The notes below the pieces were generated by a model. The model was not told the origin of the DNA. It did no database searches and saw only the letters and a program-made list of their open reading frames with translations. A program made the translations under genes and the position numbers. 64,000 bases of DNA from Gemmatimonadota bacterium (lineage in GTDB: Bacteria > Latescibacterota > UBA2968 > UBA8231), in contig JAYPJE010000008.1 of assembly GCA_038128265.1 (NCBI GenBank), positions 20,139-84,138 on the forward strand. Direction: 5' to 3'. Shown here one piece after another: positions 48,627 through 59,101 of the stretch; positions within the stretch are counted from its first letter, which is position 1; each line of letters opens with the position of its first letter.

Positions 48627-49832
48627 CTACTCACCCAGCAGCTGGCGCAGGCGTGCGGCAATAAGAGAAGCCTCGCCTTCTTTGAGACACATCGGGCCAA
48701 AAACGACGGCGCCCTCGCTGACATACGTCGGATTGGCCGCAATGCTCGGCGTGCCTTCTTCCAGCGCCCGCACCAATTCAAGCGCCGACAGGCCCGCCTC
48801 TTCTTCGTCGATGACCAGTCGCACCGACGGCACTTCGGCGCGTTTGCGATCGGCTTCGACTGCGATCTGCGCATGCGTGAGCTCGCCGCTTTCGCGCACC
48901 AGCTCTTCCATCATACCCAACCAGCGCTGTCGACGCTGCTGCGCGTCCTCTTCGACAAAGAGCCGCAGGGCGGTCAGCAAACCGACGATTTCCTCCTTGC
49001 CTACCTTGCACGGACGACCGATGCCGTGCTGCGGCGCGCCGGGCAGCTGCGTGCGATCAATGAGGCTGGCCGGCGGGTGCCACAGCTCCGGCATCACGTC
49101 TAGATCGAGATGCTGCAGCGCGGCGGCAGCAATCAAGTCGGCGCGGCCGCACAGAATGCCCGAGCTTTGCGGTCCACCGATCGCTTTGCCACCGCTAAAA
49201 GCCACTAGATCGGCTCCTTCGGCGATAAAGCGCTTGAGGTTTTCCACGGGAGGCACCTGGCCAGCCGCATCTACGATGACGGGAACGCCGTGCGCATGGG
49301 CCGCTGCCACGACTTCGGCGAGCGGGGGCTGCGTGTGGGCGTAGGACACATACACTACGGCCGCCGTATGTTCGTTGACCGCCGCGCCCATTTCCCAACC
49401 CTCGGCGTCGCGCACGCCGGCGCCGCTAAAGCGATCGGCAATGCCCACTTCGACCAGCTTGATTCCCACCGAACGCACGGCGTGATCGTAGAAGTTACGG
49501 TGGCTGCGCGCCATAATCACTTCGTTTTTCATGCCCGTCGTATCGGGCAGGCGGTTCATCTTGCCCGGATCCAATCCCGTGACGCAGGCCGCCGTTCCCA
49601 ATAGCAGACCCGCCGCGGCGCCGCTTGTCACATAGCCCGCTTCAGCACCGGTGTAGTCGGCAATGATCTGGCTGGCACGCGCCTGCAAATGGGCGATATC
49701 GACGCAGTACTGGGAGGCAGCAGCCATGGCTTCTGCCACCTCCGGCCGCATAATGCCGCCGCTCAATCGGGTAGAAGGACCGACGGCATTGATGATCGTC
49801 GGCACGCCGAGCGCCTCATAAATATGGCTCAT
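48627..49832 (-). CDS. SelA-like / DgaE-like PLP-dependent enzyme
   Basis: IINAVG.STRLSG, TSGAAAG, IVDAAG, FSGGKAIGGPQ, GIGRPCKVGKEE. Confidence 0.85.
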   Translation of the reverse strand: MSHIYEALGVPTIINAVGPSTRLSGGIMRPEVAEAMAAASQYCVDIAHLQARASQIIADYTGAEAGYVTSGAAAGLLLGTAACVTGLDPGKMNRLPDTTGMKNEVIMARSHRNFYDHAVRSVGIKLVEVGIADRFSGAGVRDAEGWEMGAAVNEHTAAVVYVSYAHTQPPLAEVVAAAHAHGVPVIVDAAGQVPPVENLKRFIAEGADLVAFSGGKAIGGPQSSGILCGRADLIAAAALQHLDLDVMPELWHPPASLIDRTQLPGAPQHGIGRPCKVGKEEIVGLLTALRLFVEEDAQQRRQRWLGMMEELVRESGELTHAQIAVEADRKRAEVPSVRLVIDEEEAGLSALELVRALEEGTPSIAANPTYVSEGAVVFGPMCLKEGEASLIAARLRQLLGE

Positions 49833-50932
49833 AGCTCAAATACTTTCTCGCGCACCAGATACCGCTGCGCGGCGTCTCGGTCTAGCGTAAAACCCAAACC
49901 TGGACGGTCCGGCACGCGCAGAGACCCGTTGGCAAACTCGAAGGGTTCATTCGTCAAATCATTGTCCCACGCCATTGGACCGACCATATCGTAGGGCTGG
50001 CTCAGGTTCGGCATGCAGGCCGCCACGTGCAGGCCCAGCGCTGCACCCGGTCCATAGGCTACCGTCTGCGACCAACCACCCATACCTAGACTGTGTGCCA
50101 ACTGCGATTGGGCGAGCGTAGCAGTGGCCGTGGCCGCGCCGACAATGGCATAGTCCAACGCTTCGGCCTGAAAGCGTCGCACCAGATCGGCCGCGTCGTA
50201 GACGTGATCAGCCACCGGCAGTGCAATCGTTTGGCGCAGGCGGCGCCACTCTGAAAAGGTGCCGGCCGAGGCCCCCTTGGCAATCGGACTTTCGAGGGCA
50301 TCGATGGCGTGACCCTGAAGGCGGCGGGCCAGTTCTTGGGCGACCCACACCTCCTCCAGGCGCCAGCGAATGTCCGGCCGAACGACCATGTCCGGCAGCG
50401 CGCGGTGAATGGCTTCCACGCGATCGACGACGTAGCGCAGGCGCGCTTCGGCCGTCGTTTCGGAAGCGGTAATGCATTTCATCTTGTAGTGCCGGAAGCC
50501 CTGGTCCCAGCCCCACTGCGCGTCTTCGGCCGTGTTAGCTGGCGACTTATAGCCGGTGCACTGGGTGATGGGCACCCACTCGCGCAGTCGTCCACCCAGC
50601 AGCTGGTGCACCGACACGCCCAGCGCCTGCGCGCGCAGGTCGAGCACGGCCTGTTCAAACGAACCGGGCAGCGCCGGGGCCGGCTGGGCCAGATTCACCT
50701 CGAGCACATTGCAGCCGAGCCAAGCGTTGAGCTGCTCTTCGACGACGGCGTCGGGCGTAAAGCGCTCGATCTGCGTTAGCCCAATTAAACCAGCATCGGT
50801 CTCGACCTCAGCAATCCCGTGCTCCGCGCGCTGGTGCAGCGGCTGACCGTAGTGCTCGTCGGACCACCACGGCAGCACGTGATGCCGTTCCGGAACGTTG
50901 ACCACGCGCAGGTGAATGCGCCGAATCTTCAT
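49829..50932 (-). CDS. Mandelate racemase/muconate lactonizing enzyme family protein
   Basis: AVLDLRAQALGVSVHQLLGG, KMK, RPD, LESP, VPDRPGLG. Confidence 0.82.
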   Translation of the reverse strand: MKIRRIHLRVVNVPERHHVLPWWSDEHYGQPLHQRAEHGIAEVETDAGLIGLTQIERFTPDAVVEEQLNAWLGCNVLEVNLAQPAPALPGSFEQAVLDLRAQALGVSVHQLLGGRLREWVPITQCTGYKSPANTAEDAQWGWDQGFRHYKMKCITASETTAEARLRYVVDRVEAIHRALPDMVVRPDIRWRLEEVWVAQELARRLQGHAIDALESPIAKGASAGTFSEWRRLRQTIALPVADHVYDAADLVRRFQAEALDYAIVGAATATATLAQSQLAHSLGMGGWSQTVAYGPGAALGLHVAACMPNLSQPYDMVGPMAWDNDLTNEPFEFANGSLRVPDRPGLGFTLDRDAAQRYLVREKVFEL

Positions 50933-50961
50933 GGGACGACTCCGTTTATACCCGCAGCGGT

Positions 50962-52287
50962 TCAGCCAACAGCGCGCCCGTCTTCGCCGTAGAGCAGGCC
51001 GGGTGCCTTAAAGCGATCGCAGAGGGCGCGCACCTCACTGGCTACTTCGCGATAGGCGTTTTTGCGGCCGTCCAGGTCCAGCGCTTCGTCGGCGCGCACC
51101 TGCGCGACGCGGTCCATCCAGTCGGCTAACTGCACCATTTCGCTCGCGCCAAAGCCGCGGCTGGTAATGGCGGGCGTTCCGATGCGGATGCCGCTGGGAT
51201 TCATCGCCGGACGCGGATCAAAGGGAATGCGATTAAAGTTACAGACAATACCAGAGGCATCCAGCGCTTTGGCCATCTGCCGGCCCGTTAGCCCCTTACT
51301 CGTCACGTCGATGAGGATAAGATGGTTGTCCGAGCCGCCCGAACTAAGGGCAAAACCACGCTCGACCAGCGCCGCGGCCAGCGCGCGCGAATTGTCGACG
51401 ATCTGCTGTGCGTAGGCTTTGAATTCTGGCGTCATCGCCTCTTTCAGCGCTACCGCCAAACCGGCCGTCGTATGGTTGTGCGGACCGCCCTGCAAGCCGG
51501 GAAAAACGGCTTTGTCGAGCGCTTCAGCATACGCCTCTTTACACATGACCATACCACCGCGCGGACCGCGCAGCGACTTGTGCGTCGTCGTGGTGACCAC
51601 GTCGACGTGCGGCACCGGAGAAGGGTGCACACCGGCGGCGACCAGCCCCGAGATATGGGCAATGTCGGCGACGACAATCGCGCCCACGCTCTTGCCAATG
51701 GCGGCAAAACGCTCGAAGTCAACGACGCGTGGATAGGCCGTCGCGCCGCAGAACAGCAGCCGTGGCTTGTGCTCTTTGGCTAGCGCTTCGACCTGCGCGT
51801 AGTCAATTTCACCGTCCTCTTCGCGCACGCCGTACTGCACCGACGTGTAATGCATACCCGATATGCTCACCTTGTCGCCGTGCGTCAGGTGTCCGCCGTG
51901 CGCCAGCGACAACCCCATGACCACGTCGCCGGGCGAGGCCAACCCCACGTAGACGGCCTGATTGGCCGGCGAGCCCGAATAGGGCTGGACGTTGACATGC
52001 TCGGCACCAAAGACCTGCTTGGCGCGCTCTACGCAGAGCATTTCCAACTTATCGATTTGCTGTTGTCCCTCGTAATAGCGGTCTTGCGCATATCCTTCAG
52101 AATACTTGTTGGTGAGAATAGTGCCGGTAGCCTCTAACACGGCCCGGCTGGCGTAGTTTTCGGAGGGAATAAGGCGAATTTTGTTGTGTTGGCGCTTGTT
52201 TTCAGCGCGAATAATCGCGGCGACTTCGGGGTCGTACTCGCTTAGCGTTGCCATTGGATCGGCATGCGCGGCGCTCACTGATTCCAT
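50962..52287 (-). CDS. glyA: Serine hydroxymethyltransferase
   Basis: LIPSENY, NKYSEGY, GGHLTHG, TTTHKSLRGPRGG, GIRIGTPA. Confidence 0.96.
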   Translation of the reverse strand: MESVSAAHADPMATLSEYDPEVAAIIRAENKRQHNKIRLIPSENYASRAVLEATGTILTNKYSEGYAQDRYYEGQQQIDKLEMLCVERAKQVFGAEHVNVQPYSGSPANQAVYVGLASPGDVVMGLSLAHGGHLTHGDKVSISGMHYTSVQYGVREEDGEIDYAQVEALAKEHKPRLLFCGATAYPRVVDFERFAAIGKSVGAIVVADIAHISGLVAAGVHPSPVPHVDVVTTTTHKSLRGPRGGMVMCKEAYAEALDKAVFPGLQGGPHNHTTAGLAVALKEAMTPEFKAYAQQIVDNSRALAAALVERGFALSSGGSDNHLILIDVTSKGLTGRQMAKALDASGIVCNFNRIPFDPRPAMNPSGIRIGTPAITSRGFGASEMVQLADWMDRVAQVRADEALDLDGRKNAYREVASEVRALCDRFKAPGLLYGEDGRAVG

Positions 52288-52360
52288 TCTTTGCCTCTCG
52301 TTGAGATCTTTTGTTAAGTTATGCGTCCATCAAAATAAGAAACTATAGTAGAGGTTTTTC

Positions 52361-53920
52361 ATGGGCAAGTATTTAGGCCTTGATTCCAGCACGCAATCAT
52401 TGACTGGCCTAGTGATAGACACCGATGAGCGCGCAATCGCAGCCGAAGTCTCGGTCAATTTCGACGAGCATTTCGCCGAGCGCTACGGCGTTGAAAACGG
52501 TGTGATCGAATTGGATAACGGTGCCGTGCACAGCGCGCCACTCATGTGGACCGAAGCGCTCGACCTACTCTTCCAATCACTGCGCACAGAGGGCGTCAGC
52601 CTGGGGGAAATAGGAGCCATCGCCGGCAGCGGCCAGCAGCATGGCACGGTCTACTTGAACGCCTCGGCTGCCGAAGCACTGGCCCATCTCGATCCACAGC
52701 GCGACTTGGCCGACCAGCTCGAGCTCATTTTCTCGCGCGCCACCTCGCCCATCTGGATGGACACTTCGACCGGGACGCAGTGCGCCCAAATCGAAGCTGG
52801 AGTCGGCGGCCGCGATGCCCTCCTCGACCTAACGGGCAATACGGCCTTTGAGCGCTTTAGCGGGCCGCAGATTCGCAAGTTTTACCAGACAGAGCCCGAA
52901 GGATATGCGCAAACCCACTATATCGGACTCGTGTCATCGTATATGGCCAGCCTGCTGGCCGGGAAGCTGGTAGGCGTCGATCCGGGCGATGCCAGCGGCA
53001 CCAATCTCATGGACATACGCAGCCGCCAGTGGAACTCTGCAGCACTCGATGCAACGGCGCCCGAACTAGGCAATAAGCTGCTGCCCGTTGCCCCGTCGGG
53101 CGCGTTTATCGGTTCGATTAGCCCGTATTTTTCTGCGCGCTACGGCATTGCCCAAGACTGTGCTATACTCCCTTTTTCCGGAGACAACCCCTGCAGCGCG
53201 ATCGGCCTGGGTCTCATCGAACCGGGTAGGGTTGCTCTGAGCTTGGGCACCTCGGATACGCTCTTCGCCTGCATGGACCAGCCGCGCGTGTCGCGCAGCG
53301 GCGAAGGCTGCGTATTTGCCCTGCCCGACGACAGCAACTACATGGCGCTGGTCTGCTTTCTAAACGGGAGCTTGGCACGCGAGGCTGTACGCGATGAATA
53401 CGGGCTAGACTGGGACGGCTTTACCGCCGCCCTGCGCCAGACCCAACCCGGCAACGGCGGCGCACTTATGCTGCCCTACTTCGATCCGGAAATCGTGCCC
53501 AAGGTTTCCGAACCCAAGGTCGTGCGCCACCGCCTTGACCGCGCCGACGTCAACGCCAACGTGCGGGCCGTCATCGAGGCACAGGCCCTCTCGTCGAAAC
53601 TACACGCGCGCTGGATGGGCATCGATATCACGTCGCTCTACGTAACCGGCGGCGCGTCGGCCAATCGCGACATTTTGCGCGTGTATGCCGACGTGCACAA
53701 CTGTCCGGTGCATCAGTTTGAAACGACCAATTCCGCCGCTCTCGGTGCGGCCCTGCGCGCAGCCCAAGCGGCTGAAAAGACACCGTGGCAGAATGCCGTT
53801 GAACCCTTCACCCAACCGGTGGGCGAAGCCATCACGCCGAATCGCGCCGCCGTGGAAACCTATGGGCGCCTGCTCGACGAATACGCGGCGCTGGAACAGC
53901 AGCATGCACCGAGCACGTAG
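52361..53920 (+). CDS. xylB: Xylulokinase (eukaryote-like XYLB subfamily of FGGY kinases)
   Basis: LGLDSSTQS, GSGQQHG, ERFSGPQIRK, GDNP, SLGTSDT, TGGASAN. Confidence 0.82.
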   Translation: MGKYLGLDSSTQSLTGLVIDTDERAIAAEVSVNFDEHFAERYGVENGVIELDNGAVHSAPLMWTEALDLLFQSLRTEGVSLGEIGAIAGSGQQHGTVYLNASAAEALAHLDPQRDLADQLELIFSRATSPIWMDTSTGTQCAQIEAGVGGRDALLDLTGNTAFERFSGPQIRKFYQTEPEGYAQTHYIGLVSSYMASLLAGKLVGVDPGDASGTNLMDIRSRQWNSAALDATAPELGNKLLPVAPSGAFIGSISPYFSARYGIAQDCAILPFSGDNPCSAIGLGLIEPGRVALSLGTSDTLFACMDQPRVSRSGEGCVFALPDDSNYMALVCFLNGSLAREAVRDEYGLDWDGFTAALRQTQPGNGGALMLPYFDPEIVPKVSEPKVVRHRLDRADVNANVRAVIEAQALSSKLHARWMGIDITSLYVTGGASANRDILRVYADVHNCPVHQFETTNSAALGAALRAAQAAEKTPWQNAVEPFTQPVGEAITPNRAAVETYGRLLDEYAALEQQHAPST

Positions 53921-54019
53921 TCGTTTCGGTGCGACCTGCTGCAATGGGCTTGCCCCGCCGAAACGACAAGCAAACTGATTTCCCATATCACAGATCACAT
54001 AGATAGAGAGGGACGAGCG

Positions 54020-55072
54020 ATGTTGCTAATAGACGCCCACCTAGACCTCGCGATGAACGCCATCGACTGGGATCGCAACCTCGATTTAGAAGTGGATGCA
54101 ATTCGCGAGCTGGAAAAGGATATGACGCAGCCAGGCCGCGGCAACGGCACGACCACCTTGCCGGAGATGCGCCGCGGTGAGGTCTTTCTCTCCGTTGTCA
54201 CCGTTATTTCGCGCACGGCACGCCCCGGCCTATCCACCGGCGCAGCCAGCCAGGAAATTTCCTGCGCCAGAGCACGAGGACAGCTAGCCTACTACCGAGT
54301 ATTGGAGAGCCAAGGCAAGGTGCGGCTCATAACGGAAGCGCGGCAAATGGACGAGCTGCGGGGCGCCTGGGAGCGCGCACAGGACGGCGCACCGCTCGGC
54401 TTTATCCTAAGCATGGAGGGCGCCGACCCCATTGTGTGGCCTGAGCAGGTGCACGAGTGGTACGAACTTGGCCTGCGCCAGATTAGCCTCTCGCACTACG
54501 GCGTAAGCGCCTACGCGCATGGAACCGGAACGGAAGGGGGACTGACGGACCAGGGCCCTGCTCTGCTGCGCGAAATGAGCGCGGCCGGCATCGCCCTCGA
54601 TCTAACCCATCTGGCCGACGTCGCGTTCTGGGAAGCACTCGAACACTTTGACGGCCCCGTGCTGGCCAGCCACAACAACTGCCGCGCGCTGGTGCCCAAC
54701 CAGCGCCAGCTGACCGACGAGCAGATCGCCGCAATCGTCGAGCGCGACGGCGTCATCGGCGCAGCGCTCGATGCCTGGATGCTCTATCCCAACTGGGTGC
54801 GCGGCGAGACCTCACCCCAAGTGCTGTCGCTGTCGGCAGTAGCCGATCACATAGACCACGTCTGTCAGCTAGCCGGCAACTGCCGCCACGCGGCCATCGG
54901 CTCCGACCTGGACGGCGGCTACGGCACGGAGCAGACGCCGCGCGATCTCAATACCATTGCCGACCTGCAAAAGCTGGAGGGATTACTAGCAGATAGGGGC
55001 TACGCCGAGACCGATATCGCCGCCATCTTTCACGGCAACTGGATGCGCTTTTTTGGCCGCGTGTTGGGCTAG
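54020..55072 (+). CDS. Membrane dipeptidase family (M19) metallohydrolase
   Basis: DAHLD, SMEGAD, DLTH, ASHNN, IGSDLDG. Confidence 0.88.
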   Translation: MLLIDAHLDLAMNAIDWDRNLDLEVDAIRELEKDMTQPGRGNGTTTLPEMRRGEVFLSVVTVISRTARPGLSTGAASQEISCARARGQLAYYRVLESQGKVRLITEARQMDELRGAWERAQDGAPLGFILSMEGADPIVWPEQVHEWYELGLRQISLSHYGVSAYAHGTGTEGGLTDQGPALLREMSAAGIALDLTHLADVAFWEALEHFDGPVLASHNNCRALVPNQRQLTDEQIAAIVERDGVIGAALDAWMLYPNWVRGETSPQVLSLSAVADHIDHVCQLAGNCRHAAIGSDLDGGYGTEQTPRDLNTIADLQKLEGLLADRGYAETDIAAIFHGNWMRFFGRVLG

Positions 55073-55081
55073 ACCGACGAC

Positions 55082-57493
55082 CTACGACTGCGGCCGCTCC
55101 TTCGTTTTTGCCCAAGCTCCGGCATCAAATAGGTTGCCGACCCCTCGAATAGCAGCCTCGACGTCTAGCGGGTAGACCTGCGCAATCGTGCGCACTAGCG
55201 GCTCGATTTGCTTTTCTACGTAGTGGTCATAATCGAGCGGCGCGCGCACATGACCAACCGGCTGCGGGCCTTCACAGGTTATTGCGTAGTGGATCACACC
55301 GCGCGGTTTGGGCAGCAGCCGAGCTGCCTGCACGTGCGGCGGCACGTTGCGCGTGTAGCTAGAAACAGGCTTGCGCAAGCCTTTGTGATATACCAATTCG
55401 CCATCGCGCTCGCCGGCGCGCACGCTGCGCACGCACTCACTGACCAGCGCCTCGATGCGCGCCGCATCGGCATCGGCAAAGAGCAGGCCCAGCAGCTCGC
55501 GCTGCAGTTGGTGCGCTAACGCAGTCCAGTCACGCCGAACCGCCTCCATACCGACGATTTCCAGATAGCCTTCATCCCCACCCATGCGCCAGCCAGCATA
55601 GCCCTTGGCTCGCCCCTTGTCTGAGCCGCGCATTGGCGGCAGCAAAAAGCGCACGTAGTGTTTTTCAAATTCCAGCTCCAAACGCGACGCCACCCCATAG
55701 CGCTCGGCAATATGCCCTGCTAGGGCCGCGTTGGCCGCCGCGCACAGCTCGCCGCCGCGCCGCTGGGCCACATCGCACAAACAGTCGTCGGGAAGGCCAC
55801 AGTCGACAAAGACGGAGTCGGTGTCGCCGTAGAGGACGCGGCAGCCGGGCTGGCGCTCTAACCAGTCCCGCGTCCAGCGCAGTATGTAATGTCCAAACTC
55901 CGTTATGGCACCGGCCAATTCGTCGTCGGCAAAGCGACACGCTCCCGTTGCCAGCACGCCGTAGAACGAGTTCATAATGATCTTGTAGGCGTAGGAAGCC
56001 AGACCATCATCACGCGCCTTCGCTTCTTCGCGACGGGCCCAGAAGGTCTCCAACAAATCGGGAAGAATACCGCGCTCGCGGCTAAAGCGCGCCCCGTTGG
56101 GTGCCTCAATCGCCTCCTCTTCTCCTGCTGCACGGGCGTGACTTAGCGGATCGATATTGAACGTGCGCATAATCGAGGGATAGAGGCTTTTGAAATCAAA
56201 GACGAAGATATGGCTATAAAGACCGGCAGACGGCTCCATGACAAGACCGCCCGGCGCGCCGGCGCCGCGCACGCGGTCGACGCCCGTCGTCGGCGCCACC
56301 ATCTGGCGCTGGCGCAGCTGGCTGATATACATGACATCAAAAGCCGCAACGCTGCCCCAAGCCCGTTCCAGGGGCATGCCCGTCAGCAGAGCGCGACGCA
56401 GAGAAAGGCTGACCAGCCCTTCGGCCCGCAGCATATCCCACACCAAGCGCGCATCCTCTATGCAGTAGGCGCAAAACGCCGGGCGGTCGTGGGCATAGGC
56501 GTGGGCAATGGCCTCGGGCATCGTCTCGTCGTCTTCCGCCTCCAGCGTCTTTCCACGTCCGAGAACAGCCTGCGCCACCGTGCCCAGACGGTAGTCTTCA
56601 AAGCGCTGCAAGGTCGCGCGCATCAGGTGCAGGGCATCGAGAATTTGGCGACCGTATACGACCATGCGACTGCCGCCCCACACGTCGCTCTCGCGAAACT
56701 GCGAGGCATCCTGCGTGCGCCCCAAGTTAAACGCGAGCCCGCAGGCTTGGAAGCGCCGCTGCAAAACGGCCAGGTCAAAGTCGATAACGTTCCAACCGGA
56801 CAATATATCGGGGTCAATGTGGCGAATGCGCGCGGCCAGCGCCGTCAACAGGGCCGGCTCGTCGGGGTAGCAGAAAACGTGGGCGGGATCGCCCTGCCGC
56901 GGGGGACCAACGATGTGAATTTCTTCTACAGATGGATCGCCATCGGCAAGACCACCCACCAGCGACGCGGCGTAGACCGCGGACGCGTCGGGCGCCGTTT
57001 CGATGTCCAACACCAGCAGGGAAAGCCGTGGCTCCCACGTAGACGCTTCAACTTCGGGATCTATGTAGACGCGATCTACCCCCTGCCCAGCCTGCCACGC
57101 ACCGGAGATCTGCACGGCGCCGCGCAGGCCGCGTTCGATCCGATAGTGCAGGGCAAAGTTCAGGTCGGATTCATAGGTTCGGACGCCTCCTTCGGCTAGC
57201 CGCTCGGCCAAGCGACGTCGATCGGCAACGCGCTCACATTCAATGCGCACCACCGAATCGCCGACCAGCGTGCGCAGCGGCGTATCGACGGCCGCACAGC
57301 GTTCAGCTGACACGTCGTGCTGCCACCGATCGACGTCTTCGGCGCGGACGTAGAACGCCGGGCGCAAGCGCCTATCCATGAGCCCAAACGTCTGGCCACA
57401 TTCCAGCCGCCCCACCGCGTGGATCGCGTCGCGCCCTTTGTAGCGACGGTGAAAAACGTGCACCAAGTAGGCGTTTTCACCCGCGTCAGCCAT
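55082..57493 (-). CDS. polB: DNA polymerase II (family B)
   Basis: Exonuclease motifs DIET, NVIDFD, YCIED; polymerase motifs DFKSLYPS, KIIMNSFYG, YGDTDS. Confidence 0.93.
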   Translation of the reverse strand: MADAGENAYLVHVFHRRYKGRDAIHAVGRLECGQTFGLMDRRLRPAFYVRAEDVDRWQHDVSAERCAAVDTPLRTLVGDSVVRIECERVADRRRLAERLAEGGVRTYESDLNFALHYRIERGLRGAVQISGAWQAGQGVDRVYIDPEVEASTWEPRLSLLVLDIETAPDASAVYAASLVGGLADGDPSVEEIHIVGPPRQGDPAHVFCYPDEPALLTALAARIRHIDPDILSGWNVIDFDLAVLQRRFQACGLAFNLGRTQDASQFRESDVWGGSRMVVYGRQILDALHLMRATLQRFEDYRLGTVAQAVLGRGKTLEAEDDETMPEAIAHAYAHDRPAFCAYCIEDARLVWDMLRAEGLVSLSLRRALLTGMPLERAWGSVAAFDVMYISQLRQRQMVAPTTGVDRVRGAGAPGGLVMEPSAGLYSHIFVFDFKSLYPSIMRTFNIDPLSHARAAGEEEAIEAPNGARFSRERGILPDLLETFWARREEAKARDDGLASYAYKIIMNSFYGVLATGACRFADDELAGAITEFGHYILRWTRDWLERQPGCRVLYGDTDSVFVDCGLPDDCLCDVAQRRGGELCAAANAALAGHIAERYGVASRLELEFEKHYVRFLLPPMRGSDKGRAKGYAGWRMGGDEGYLEIVGMEAVRRDWTALAHQLQRELLGLLFADADAARIEALVSECVRSVRAGERDGELVYHKGLRKPVSSYTRNVPPHVQAARLLPKPRGVIHYAITCEGPQPVGHVRAPLDYDHYVEKQIEPLVRTIAQVYPLDVEAAIRGVGNLFDAGAWAKTKERPQS

Positions 57494-57573
57494 AGTGTCC
57501 GCACATCCAATTCGCGTGATTGCCCATGTGCTGGCAGCGCGACGGCAAGGGCGTTCCGCGCGCTCCCAGCCCT

Positions 57574-58296
57574 CTATTCAACGTGCGAGAACGCCGTGCC
57601 GTCTTGAGGCTCGTAGCCGATCTCGCGCGAAACGTCTAGGTCCATCCAAGAGTGGACGTGCCTGGAAATGCCGTGCACAATTTTGAACTTTAGATCGGCA
57701 GGCGCTTCGACGCAGCGGGCAAAAAGCTGCGCTTGATCGCGCGCGCTGATGCCCATATTGGGGCGCTCTGCCTGCCACTGGCCATCTTGTTTAAACGCCG
57801 CGCCGCCAATGCGCACGCAGATGCACGAAAGGTCGTACTGGTGGGCATAGGCCCGCGCCAACGCCTCACCCCAGCACTTGGTCGCCCCGTACACGTTGAT
57901 GGGATAGACGGGAATGTCCCACGGCACCGGCGTCTTGTCCTCGTGTCCCAAGACGGCGTTTATGCTGCTGGCAAAAACGATGCGGCTGCAGCCGGCCGCG
58001 CGCGCGGCCTCAAATGCGTTGTAGCAGCCGATGATATTCAGGTTGAGCAGCGTTTTGTAGAAATCGGCCTGCATACTCGGATCAGCGGCCAGATGGACCA
58101 CTACATCCACGCCGCTGCAGGCCGCAGCAAAGGCGTCGTAGTCGGCGATATCCATCTCGATACATTCCTCGTGCGCCGACAGATTTTCCACGGGCCGCAC
58201 ATCGGCCAGGCGCAACGCATAGCGATCGCCCCAGTACGTGCGCAAATAGCCGCCAATGCGCCCGGCAGCTCCAGTAATCAGAACGCTCTTCTTCAC
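57574..58296 (-). CDS. NAD-dependent epimerase/dehydratase, uronate-dehydrogenase-like
   Basis: TGAAGRIG, FASS, YGATKCWGE, VRIG; GTG start. Confidence 0.82.
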   Translation of the reverse strand: MKKSVLITGAAGRIGGYLRTYWGDRYALRLADVRPVENLSAHEECIEMDIADYDAFAAACSGVDVVVHLAADPSMQADFYKTLLNLNIIGCYNAFEAARAAGCSRIVFASSINAVLGHEDKTPVPWDIPVYPINVYGATKCWGEALARAYAHQYDLSCICVRIGGAAFKQDGQWQAERPNMGISARDQAQLFARCVEAPADLKFKIVHGISRHVHSWMDLDVSREIGYEPQDGTAFSHVE

Positions 58297-58342
58297 TATA
58301 TTCCCCCGTATTCGGTTGTTGTGCGCACGATGCGCACACGCA

Positions 58343-58867
58343 TTATTGCTTGCCCAGAAGAGCCCTATAAGCCACTAGCGCTCCGGCAACGTGCACGTTC
58401 ATCGACGGCCCTTTCCCATACATGGGGATGTAGACCGCTCCATCGCACTGGGCCAGCGTCGCCGGATACACGCCCTTGCTCTCGTTGCCCAACACCAGAC
58501 ACACTTTTTGCGGAAAATCGTACTCTAAATAGCACTGCGCGCTCTGTGCCGTCTCCAGGGCCACGAGGTGGTAACCCTCTGCGCGCAGCGCCGTCAGCGC
58601 GTCTTCGAGTCGGGCGATGCGCCGCCACTCAACGCGGCGCTCGTGACCGCGTCCGGTGCGCTCAATCTCGTCGTGCGGAGGCGTTGGCGTGGTGCCGGTA
58701 AAGACCAATTCGCTGGCCCCGCAGGCATCGGCTATGCGGAACAGCGAACCGACGTTGAGCGGATCTTCCAAACTCTGCAGCAGGAAAGCCAGCTCGACCC
58801 GAGAAGGGTAGTCGCGCTGCGCCCGCTCAAATAGGCGCTTAGTCTCCACTTTTTTTAACGGCCGCAC
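58343..58867 (-). CDS. SpoU/TrmH family RNA methyltransferase
   Basis: NVGSLFRIADA, VLGNESKG, IPMYG..SMNV. Confidence 0.9.
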   Translation of the reverse strand: MRPLKKVETKRLFERAQRDYPSRVELAFLLQSLEDPLNVGSLFRIADACGASELVFTGTTPTPPHDEIERTGRGHERRVEWRRIARLEDALTALRAEGYHLVALETAQSAQCYLEYDFPQKVCLVLGNESKGVYPATLAQCDGAVYIPMYGKGPSMNVHVAGALVAYRALLGKQ

Positions 58868-58869
58868 CG

Positions 58870-59076
58870 CTAACCGCGCACAATGGCATGCACGGCGTAC
58901 TCCTCCTCTTCCAGCGCTGCGCGAATGGCGTCGTCGCCCGCCTCGCCTTCGAGCAGCGCCTCGCCCCTTTCTAAGCTCACCGCTGCGCTCGCAATACCGT
59001 CCAACGCTTCGAGGACCTCACGCACGTTCTGCACGCAGTGTTCGCAGCTCATTCCTTCGACCGATACTCGTATCAT
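58870..59076 (-). CDS. copZ: Copper chaperone (HMA domain)
   Basis: VEGMSCEHCV; GAGG RBS. Confidence 0.85.
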   Translation of the reverse strand: MIRVSVEGMSCEHCVQNVREVLEALDGIASAAVSLERGEALLEGEAGDDAIRAALEEEEYAVHAIVRG

Positions 59077-59101
59077 TTCCCTACCTCGCGTTGCCTACGG
59101 G

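Noticed and set aside
48627..49832. True selenocysteine synthase selA
   Set aside because: No selB or selC nearby, and the motifs fit the DgaE/SelA-like branch
55082..57493. Family-B polymerase as a sign of a prophage or casposon
   Set aside because: Looks like cellular Pol II; no integrase, cas1, terminal repeats or phage genes nearby
56210..58701. Long + strand ORFs (329 aa and 322 aa) and similar shadow ORFs across the window
   Set aside because: Antisense to well-supported genes, no recognisable motifs; typical of high-GC DNA
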